From NCBI GenBank assembly GCA_032718475.1, contig JAUCBJ010001029.1, forward strand, positions 6,208 to 70,207: DNA of 64,000 nt, written 5' to 3'. This DNA comes from Nemertoderma westbladi (lineage: Eukaryota > Animalia > Xenacoelomorpha). Below the pieces are notes generated by a model. The model searched no databases. It was not told where the DNA came from and saw only the letters and a list, made by a program, of their open reading frames with translations. Below are positions 39,105 through 49,200 of this stretch, piece after piece; within the stretch, counting starts at the first letter, position 1; every line of letters begins with the position of its first letter. Position numbers and translations under genes: made by a program.

Positions 39105-42100
39105 TGTGACGGGATCTACGGATCCCGGTTTATCCGTTTGGGTTTTCTGCCCACGCGTCCCCGCCGTGTGTGAAAGGTAAAAGAGTTCTGATGTCCGGTT
39201 ATATGTATAAGGTATAATAATCTGATATATATGTAATATAGTATGACACAACAGGTACCGGTAATATAGGTATGATGGCGGTAGCGGACGGTGACAGAAG
39301 TCCCCGTTCCACCCTACTGATCCGACTGAGTAAACTGAATAACTGACCGGTATGATTACTGGTAACTGGTTATATTGCACGGTGGCCTTATTGCTACTCA
39401 ATCGATGCCTTTCCCCCCTCTGATTGGTTAATACCCCTGTTGGCACCCTTTGCCCCCCTCTGAAGTGCTTCCCTTCGCCCTTGCTGTTCTCTCTCTTGTC
39501 AGGGGAGTAACCCCTGACCCTTATTGTGTGTGTCTCCTTTGGGGCCTATTGTCCCCGTTTACTGGGCTGACACGAGGTTGATTGGTAATCAACCTCGTGC
39601 TCCCAATATTGCTTTATGGCTCACTCTATGGGTTTGGGTTAGCGGAATTGGATAAGCTAACACTCCCCCCCATGCTATCTTCCCGGTGAGAAGATAGCAT
39701 CCAACTCAAGTGCGCTACAATTCCGCTGGATCCCGATCTAGCATCGGGTGTGGGGTGGGTATATTTTTTCGGAGTCGGCTTTCCAGGCCGCTCCCTATGG
39801 GTATGATGTCACTACCCTCTGGCGTCTCGTGTCGGGCCGATCGTGCGCTTCTCTCACACAATTTTTGTTTCCCCAACACTCTCACCACTCTACTCCAACT
39901 CTCTAACTCAACTCGCTCTCTCCCCACTCTTACACTCTCCCCACACCTGAATCGCACTCTAACTTCTCGCCAACAGCTCTTCTCACTATCTCCTTTCTAC
40001 TCTCTGCCACTCCCTAAGGCCCTAATCTCTAATGCTACCCCTGTGCTATCATACTATCTACCTACTGCTTACTAACTCTAACTATCTAACTAACTCTGCT
40101 AACTACTAACTCTTACTACTCCTAGCTCTAACTGAGAGCCTCTAACTTTCTACTGACTCTAACTCTCTACTAAGTCTAACTAACTCCTACTAGCTCTCTA
40201 CTTCTACTAACTCTACTTGACTCCTCTGAGTCTACCAACTCTGCTAACTAGCTCTACTAACTCTACTCCACTAGCTCTGTTAACTCTACTCCACTAGCTC
40301 TGCTAACTCTACTAACTAGCTCTACCAACTCTACTCCACTCTTCTAACTACGTGGCGCTTGCGGTGCCCACAACCACTCTACTATATGGCACCCTATGTG
40401 CCCTCTCTGCTCTACTCTACTACCTGGCACCCTATGTGCCCTCTCTACTACACTACTACCTCTCTAACTCTACTACCTGGCACCCTATGTGCCCTCTCTA
40501 CTACACTACTACCTCTCTAACTCTACTACCTGGCACCCTATGTGCCCGTCTCTACTATTCTACTCTATCTCTAACTCTACTACTTGGCACCCTATGTGCC
40601 CTCCCTACTACTCTACTCTATCTCTAACTTACTACCTGGCACCCTATGTGCCCGTCTCTACTCTTCTACATCCCCTTTACGTCTCATCGCCTACACGTGA
40701 CGCTCTGAGTGCCGGCAGAGTGGGTACGTTAATTATGTGAACTACTACTGACTCTACTAACTCTACTAACTCTCTTCTAACTCTACTAACTCTTTTTTGT
40801 GCCCGGCACCTCTTGTGCACGGCACCTTCTAACTCTACTAACTCTCTACGTGGCGCTAACGGTGCCCACAACCACAACCGGTACTACGTACCCTCTTACT
40901 AACTCTACCTCTATCTACGTGGCGCTAACGGTGCCCACAACCACAACCGGTACTACTACGTACCCTCTTACTAACCTCTAACTCCCACTAACTCTAATTA
41001 ACATACCCTGCTCTTACATCACACACATCATCACGCCCGTGCCCCACTAAGTTCAGCGCATTCCCTACTAACTCTAACTACGTGGCGCTTACGGTGCCCA
41101 CAACCCTCTACTGCTACTACTTTCTATGTGGCGCTTACGGTGCCCACAACCATTCTACTACTAACTCTACTCTGCTAACTCTCTACTAACGGTACTACGT
41201 ACCCTCTAACTCTTACTCTAACTAGCGGTACTACGTACCCTCTCACTACTCCAACTCCACTAATTGACGGTACTACGTACCCTTTAACTAACTAACTAAC
41301 TAACTAACTCTTACTACCTAACTTCTACCTACTCTATTATTTAATTATTTTCTTATTCTAATTAAATAATTATTTTATATTTTGTGCGTGGGAAGGGCGT
41401 CTCGCCCTCATTCCCACCCCCCTCAGTCCAAAACTTTGGACGACTAAAAACTCTCACGTGCCCCTTCTTCCGGTAGGCACTCTCCTGCTGCCCTCCTATA
41501 CGTCCTCTAACTCTTCGCCACACTCTCTTCGGTGCTACCTTTGCTGGCCTCCCCCTTCGTATGTGCGCTGGCATTAAGGCCCTCGACGACCCCCGCTCGT
41601 CCCTCGGTATACGCGGTGTCTGCCCGTGCAATGCCCCCTCGCACTGTGTCAGCCGTGCGTGTGTATGCAACACGCCTCCTTCTACTTTCCCGACTCCCTT
41701 ATGTTTGCTAATGGGCTTCTCTGCCCCTGGTTTAGTCCTTTCATATCCTTTCCCTTTCCAACACTCTCCGGATCTGTGTCCTTTTACCACACATCGATGA
41801 CATAGTCCGTTTGCGTCTGTGTAGGCTACACGATCTCGTTTGGGCAACGCTTGCCAGTACTTGCAACTCCTGGTCTTATGGGTTCCGTCCCGATGTAATT
41901 GACATTGGAATCCTGGGTTATAGCGTTTCCTGTATAGTCCTTCACGTATCGCGCTTAGGTTTATATGTACCGATTTAATGTTTTGGTTGTCTAGACTCGG
42001 CCTACTGGGTATATTGGGATTGTTTTTATTTACGGTGTTATTTTCTTTCTGTCCCTGCCACGGTGTGGCCCTGCTACCAGCTAATTGTGGACTAGCAGTC

Positions 42101-42532
42101 CCCTGTACGGCCGCGTGTGGTATTGACTGTCCGCACGACCTGCTCTCGTCCAGGGAGTTCGATGTTCTTGCTCCTATCGGGGTACATTGTCGATATTGTG
42201 ATGGGGGAATGTCACCCTGTCCCCTCCCAGCCGGTATGTTTGGTACTGGGGTTGATGTTAATATATTGGGGCCCATACGTCTATCTCCAATAACTCCCCC
42301 CTCCCCTGGATATATGTTATGTCCCTGTGTATTATTATAGTCATGCTGCTGTACCGATATAGGCCTACCTACCTCTCGCCTACCTACCGGTATGTACTCC
42401 GCGACTTCCGGGTTTAATTCCGTCGTTCGCGCTACCCCATCGCCTACTCTATCTCTCCCAGCATGGCCTATAATAGTATGTGCAGTAAGGCCTACAGTAT
42501 GTCCTTCAGTCTGCATGTGCCCTTCCGAACCT
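39105..42532 (-). mobile_element. Truncated LTR-retrotransposon-like insertion with a gag-like ORF and no pol
   Basis: Begins TGTGAC at the satellite junction; ORF 41362..42516 has tandem zinc-knuckle-like motifs; hairpin-rich non-coding part; no paired LTR found. Confidence 0.55.
41362..42516 (-). CDS. gag-like protein fragment (BEL/Pao-like knuckle spacing)
   Basis: CQLHRDGTHKTRSC...RV....GLCHRCVVKGHRSGEC resembles the first two BEL gag knuckles; the N-terminus abuts the satellite. Confidence 0.55.
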   Translation of the reverse strand: MQTEGHTVGLTAHTIIGHAGRDRVGDGVARTTELNPEVAEYIPVGRREVGRPISVQQHDYNNTQGHNIYPGEGGVIGDRRMGPNILTSTPVPNIPAGRGQGDIPPSQYRQCTPIGARTSNSLDESRSCGQSIPHAAVQGTASPQLAGSRATPWQGQKENNTVNKNNPNIPSRPSLDNQNIKSVHINLSAIREGLYRKRYNPGFQCQLHRDGTHKTRSCKYWQALPKRDRVAYTDANGLCHRCVVKGHRSGECWKGKGYERTKPGAEKPISKHKGVGKVEGGVLHTHARLTQCEGALHGQTPRIPRDERGSSRALMPAHIRRGRPAKVAPKRVWRRVRGRIGGQQESAYRKKGHVRVFSRPKFWTEGGGNEGETPFPRTKYKIII

Positions 42533-44201
42533 TATCCTTAGTATCCTTACTATGTATCCTTACTCTATGTAAGTATCCTTACTATGTATCCTTACTCTAT
42601 TTAAGTATCCTTACTATGTATCCTTACTCTATTTAAGTATCCTTACTATGTATCCTTATTCCTTACTCTATGTAAGTATCCTTACTATGTATCCTTACTA
42701 TGTATCCTTACTCTATGTAAGTATCCTTACTATGTATCCTTATTCTATGTAAGTATCCTTACTATGTATACTTACTATGTATCCTTCCTCTATGTAAGTA
42801 TCCTTACTATGTATCCTTACTATGTATCCTTACTTTATGTAAGTATCCTTACTCTATGTAAGTATCCTTACTATGTATCCTTACTATGTATCCTTACTAT
42901 GTATCCTTACTATGTATCCTTACTATGTATCCTTACTCTATGTAAGTATCCTTACTATGTATCCTTACTCTATGTAAGTATCTTTACTATGTATCCTTAC
43001 TCTGTGTAAGTATCCTTACTATGTATCCTTACTCTATGTAAGTATCTTTACTATGTATCCTTACTCTGTGTAAGTATCCTTACTATGTATCCTTGCTATG
43101 TATCCTTACTATGTATCCTTACTATGTATCCTTACTATGTATCCTTACTATGTATCCTTACTCTATGTAAGTATCCTTACTATGTATCCTTACTATGTAT
43201 CCTTACTATGTATCCTTACTCTATTTAAGTATCCTTACTATGTATCCTTACTCTATGTAAGTATCCTTACTATGTATCCTTACTCTATGTAAGTATCCTT
43301 ACTATGTATCCTTACTATGTATCCTTACTCTATGTAAGTATCCTTACTATGTACCCTTACTCTATGTAAGTATCCTTACTATGTATCCTTACTCTATGTA
43401 AGTATCCTTACTATGTATCCTTACTATGTATCCTTACTATGTATCCTTACTATGTATCCTTACTATGTATCCTTACTATGTATCCTTACTCTATGTAAGT
43501 ATCCTTACTATGTATCCTTACTCTATGTAAGTATCCTTACTATGTATCCTTACTCTATTTAAGTATCCTTACTCTATGTGTATCCTTACTATGTATCCTT
43601 ACTCTATGTAAGTATCCTTACTATGTATCCTTACTCTATGTAAGTATCCTTACTATGTATCCTTACTATGTATCCTTACTCTATGTAAGTATCCTTACTA
43701 TGTATCCTTACTATGTATCCTTACTATGTATCCTTACTCTATGTAAGTATCCTTACTATGTATCCTTACTCTATGTAAGTATCCTTACTATGTATCCTTA
43801 CACTGTAAGTATCCTTACTATGTATTCTTACTATGTATCCTTACTATGTATCCTTACTATGTATCCTTACTATGTATCCTTACTATGTATCCTTACTATG
43901 TATCCTTACTCTATGTAAGTATCCTTACTATGTATCCTTACTCTATGTAAGTATCCTTACTATGTATCCTTACTCTATGTAAGTATCCTTACTATGTATC
44001 CTTACTCTATGTAAGTATCCTTACTATGTATCCTTACTCTATGTAAGTATCCTTACTATGTATTCTTACTATGTGTCCTTACTCTATGTAAGTATCCTTA
44101 CTATGTATCCTTACTCTATGTAAGTATCCTTACTATGTATCCTTACTCTATGTAAGTATCCTTACTATGTATCCTTACTCTATGTAAGTATCCTTACTAT
44201 G
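42533..44201. repeat. 13/19-bp satellite, block 2
   Basis: Same units as block 1. Confidence 0.97.
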
Positions 44202-45808
44202 TGTTCGCGGTATTTCAACTTTCCATAACACGAGTTGAATATTTTTGTATTTATTTAAAATTGATTATTCCGATATTACTACTGGGTGCGGGATCATGGG
44301 TTTTGGGCACGTTCAATAAACTGGGGGCGATTTATGGGCGAACTTTGGGGCAACTTACAGGGTACGGGAATAATTTCATAGTTATAAGGGCCAGGGGGGA
44401 TGGAAAATGCAAGCAGTATTCAGGTTAGCCTGAGTACTATTAGGCCCTGGCCAACTTCCTGCTGCCTGTAGGGGTGGATTTGGTAATGCGCCAGGCCTAA
44501 AGGACAAGGACTGCCCTTAGCGGTCCCTGGCCAACGGCAGCTACTACGAGACTGAAAAGAACTCGGAACGCTGACTGCTTGTGTCAGGGATTTGCGACGG
44601 GCACCGACGGCCCCTTAGTAGCCAAGCCGTTCTGGTTCTCGATGATCGAACCCCGGGGTTCGTGAGGGGTGGAGCGGACACGCGAACAGGTGGCCAACTA
44701 ACGACTGCCCCCTGACCTAAGCCGTACTGGTTCTCGATGACCGATCCCTTCGGGGTTCGTGAGGGGTGGGACGGACATGCGAAAGGGCTGGCCACAGGAC
44801 TGGTTTGACAAGGACTGCCCTTAGCGGTCTCGGGTCAACGGCAGCTACTACGAGCCTGAAAAGAACTCGGAACGCTGACTGCTTGACTGGGATTTGCGAC
44901 GGGAACCGACGACAGACCCCTTAGCCAAGCCGTTCTGGTTCTCGATGATCGTTCCCTTCGGGGTTCGTGAGGGGTGGAACGGACACGCGATGGGGTCGAA
45001 AGACAAAGGACTAGACTCGACTAGACTCTACTGGCCTACCGACTGTTCGGAGCAGTTTCTCGGCTGCCGAAGCGACTACGAGCCTGAAACGGACTCGGAA
45101 AGCCTAGGTGGTTGGGTTTCTGTGATGAACTGACGGACCCCTAGCCAAGCCGTTCTGGTTCTCGATGATCGAACCCTTCGGGGTTCGTGAGGGGTGGAAC
45201 GGACACGCGAACGGGTCCACCGACACGACAGACTCCTAGCCAAGCCGTACTGGTTCTCGATGACCGAACCCTTCGGGGTTCGAGAGGGGTGGTACGGATA
45301 CGCGACAGAGTCTACCGACTGGACCGACCCTTAGCCAAGCCGTGCTGGTTCTCGATGATCGTTCCCTTCGGGGTTCGTGAGGGGTGGAACGGACACGCGA
45401 CAGGGTCGACCGACACCGACACTACGGCACTAGGACTAGGACCGAGGGAAAATCTGGGGAACATTAGGTAGGCTAAAATTCTGAGCGAACAGCGGGTTAT
45501 TAAATAATATACCGTAGGGATTTATATTATCGTGTATACTTATTGTGAATATTTGGTGTATATTGATTTGGGGAAGCCCAAAATTATTCTTAATCAAGGT
45601 TCAATATTGTTGAACAAGGTTCAACAGAGTTCAGTTACATTAAAGAGTATATCCAACTAATGCAGCTTTTCTCAACCGCAAACTTGCATCTTAGAAAATA
45701 TTCCCTCCCCACAATCAATATCCGGTGACTGGCCGGGGCTCGGTGGTCTGTTAAGTCACGTCTCCAGCATCGGCGTTTTTCCCCCCTGGTGTAGGAATAA
45801 CGGCAACA
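44202..45808 (+). repeat. 5' LTR
   Basis: TGTTCGCGG...GGCAACA; direct repeat of 56759-58365. Confidence 0.97.
44610..45410 (+). ncRNA. Array of six about 90-nt kink-turn/UUCG stem-loop modules in the 5' LTR (putative cis-acting RNA)
   Basis: Cores start at 44621, 44716, 44924, 45144, 45239 and 45334, with compensatory changes in the stems. Confidence 0.7.
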
Positions 45809-46020
45809 AAATTAAGAATAATTATCGTGGTCAACTTCAACTGGTGGAAGTTGAGAATCCTTCAATACTCTTCAAAAACTCTCTACGTGCTTGCCAGCAC
45901 CCACTACGAGGAAACTCTGGTATTTGAGTTGAGACAAAGTCGTGGTTTAATTAATCAGCAAACTCGATCTAACCAACTCGTAGTCGGCAGATCACATATT
46001 TGGAGAGTTGTTAACAGGGA

Positions 46021-46212
46021 ATGGAAGTATCGATCACACCCATTGATATAATTCAAGTTGAGCCAGGAATCTGGCACGTCGAAGTTGAGGTACAAGGAAC
46101 GAACGTCGGACGATTCAGGATTACTGTTCGGGTGGTTCAAGCTGAGTACAATACCTACGAGGAACTGTTTTACGACATCGCGTATCTCGCCATCGACGAG
46201 GCGTTACAATGA
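46021..46212 (+). CDS. 63-aa upstream ORF overlapping the gag-pol start (ATGA)
   Basis: ATG at 46021; its TGA overlaps the gag ATG at 46209; protein-like composition. Confidence 0.4.
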   Translation: MEVSITPIDIIQVEPGIWHVEVEVQGTNVGRFRITVRVVQAEYNTYEELFYDIAYLAIDEALQ

Positions 46213-49200
46213 CAACAAATAACGTATCCGATACCGACGAGATGGATCACAACACAGACTCGGAAGCCGACGAGGTACCAAACGTCAAAAACATGACCCG
46301 TCGGTTAGGGGCTCTTAAAGGCGGAGTAACCCGAGCGTATCAACGGATGGAGAAACAACTCAAGGGAGTCAAAACCCCCCTCAATGAGGTACAAACTCAG
46401 CTTCAAAGTATCCGAAATATCCTACAGCGGTACGAAAGAATGATACAGGCGTACCAAGAGCTCGTTCCCCCCACCGATCTGGAAAACTACCCCAAGCTGG
46501 AAGAACACGTTGTACATCTAGATGGGTTCCGCAAACAACACCGGAGGACCCTCAGCCTTGTGAGAGGCTATGAGGAACAGTATTACAAGAGGGCTGAAAG
46601 AACAGACGCGGAATCAGTACGATCCTCCAGCATCAGGACAGGAGTACATCGCAAGAGAATGGGGTCCACCAGAAATCAGCACTCCAGCGCTAGGAGCGAG
46701 ATATCCGGCTCAGCGCGCAGTTCTCAAGGGGCGCCGCCACTCCGAGACCAACTGCGAGAGCGGAAGGCATTAGCCCTCAAAGCTCGGATGGAAGATGAGT
46801 ATATTCAACTGCAAGCCGAGCAAGATGTATTAGCTGCAGAAACCCAAAGGCGAGAGGCCGAACAAGCGGCCGAACGGCAGGCCGAACAACGTGAACAGGA
46901 AGCCGAACAACGCAGGCGAGAGGCCGAACAACGCAAACACGAGGACGAACGACAGGCCGAACAGCGCAAACACGAGGCCGAACAACGCAAACAGGAGGCC
47001 GAACAACGCGGACGAGAGGCCGAACGGGAGATCGAACAACGTAAATGGGAAGCAGAAATGCGTAAACAACACGCCGAGGCCCAAGCAATTCTCATCCACA
47101 AAAAGAACGCGGATATTGCAAAACTCGCGGAATACGAAGCCGCACTTATAGAACGAGATATTCAACTCTACGAGGACTGGGAGAGGGATATAGATCAGGA
47201 ATATGAACCAATCCCGGTACCGGAATTAGAAAAGTCATTTATACCGACAGCGGCGAAACTTCCGAAACCCGAAATCCCGCCTACCAAACAGTCTACGCTA
47301 TCGGCACAAGCACCGGTGTTCCATCCACCACCGGCTACGTTAAAGAATGAGGAACCCTATTTCCCATCCAACACCACGACAGCGAGTGTACCCAAGTACG
47401 AGCCTGAAAAGGACTCGGAACGGGACGCCACTCCCCGATCAAACAACCCATTTACATCAACACCACTAACTCGCAGCCGCGTCATTATTAAAACTCCGCC
47501 TATCATTGATCCATCAAGTATGGGAGTGAGTGCCAATAACTATAACCCTCCGAGTCACTCCAGTTCAGACGATGTCAGCATCATCCGGGCGTTGGAGAAC
47601 CGCCTTGCCATGCCGAAGATGGAGATTCGCACCTTCGAAGGAGATCCCGTCGATTACCTCAGATTCAAGAAACGGTTCTTTGCGCAGATTGGATCAACGG
47701 ACATAGCCGACGCACAGAAATTGGTATATTTATCGCAATACCTGGGTGACAAACCCCGCAGAATTGTTGCATGTTTTGAAGGAGGTTCTCATGAGGCATA
47801 CTATGACGCATGGAAAACTCTAGACAAAAGATACGGAAATACCGGAACTATAATTAATAAAACTCTAGAGAGACTGATACAGGATGCGGGATCACTAGGG
47901 GACCCACAGAACATACAGGAATTCTCCGACTCTATGAAAGATGCCTATTATACTCTGAAACCCTTAAATAAGGAGGACCAGGTGAACAACATTCTAAACC
48001 TCCGACAGATCGCCCGGAAGTTCCCCGGATGGCTACAAAGTAAGTGGGCTTATAAATGTGTAGATCTCTGGCGCAGACATCCAGATCGAGATCCTAGCTT
48101 CCTTGAAATGTCGGCATTCCTGGATGATATCTCCGAAGCCATGAATGACTCGATGTTTTCAAAACAAAGTCTCGCAAAGTTGGACGGAATAGAGAGCAAC
48201 TCTAGGAGTAAGATAACCCCTCCGAAACCGAGATTCCGCCCCCCACCGGTAAGTACGATGGCCATTACCATGGCCGAGGATTCCGACGACGAAGACTACG
48301 AGGAACCGACATCCGCTGAGGAATGGGCATGTTATCTCGCGAGTTGGGCACCCGAAAGGGAAGGCATCACAAATTCCCTGCTCTGTCTCTTCTGTGGGGA
48401 GAAACATAAAGTGGAATTCTGCAGGAAGTTTCAGTTCGCCGAACTCGTCCCACGTTTCGAGGCGATAATGAAACACCGAGGATGCTTCCGGTGTCTTGGA
48501 ACAGGTCACTACGTTCGGGATTGCGACCAAAGGTCGTGCTGTGCTGTCTGTAACGACCAATGCCATCACACGCTCCTCCACATCCCCGCGAACTTCGACT
48601 TTACTACCCTCCCCTTTCGGATCGAAGCCAGGCGAAGAGGAGAAACAAACCACGTCTTCAAAGGAACCCGGACAACCCAACGGAGAGAAACCAACCCGTT
48701 TAAAATCTCCACCGATACACCACAAGTAACAAATATTTCGGCCACGATTAATCTTATAAATCGCCGCTACATGGTTTTCGCAAAGGTAATCCCAGTAAGG
48801 ATCCAAGGAGTCGGCAAATCTTTGACGACACTCGCATTCCTCGATAACGGGTCCGACGGAACCATCATTGACCGGGATTTTCTCGAGCAACTCGGCCTAG
48901 AATATGAGCCTTGTAAACGGCCCATACAAACCATCACCGATAACAGAGAGGTAGAGTCCGGGGAGGTGCAACTCCAGATGGAAGGAGTGATGAAGGGCTA
49001 CGAAACGGCTAAGTTAACCATAAAGAACGCCTTGGTACACACAGACCTCCGGGTGCGATTCCGACAATCAGCCGAGTACGCCCCCCTCATACAATTGGAC
49101 CGGGACGATGTAGACCTGAGGTGTCCGCAGTTGGACGTAAACCGTATCACCCTACTGATCGGACTTGATACACCGGAACTACAAATCCCCACCGGAGATA

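Noticed and set aside
24960-43918. Dozens of MYPYYVSLLCILT-type ORFs
   Set aside because: Translations of the 13/19-bp satellite; no coding signature.
44610-45410. LTR repeats as a CRISPR array or as hammerhead/HDV ribozymes
   Set aside because: Units are about 90-nt structured rods within an LTR. No CUGANGA...GAAA core or HDV nested pseudoknot could be built by eye.
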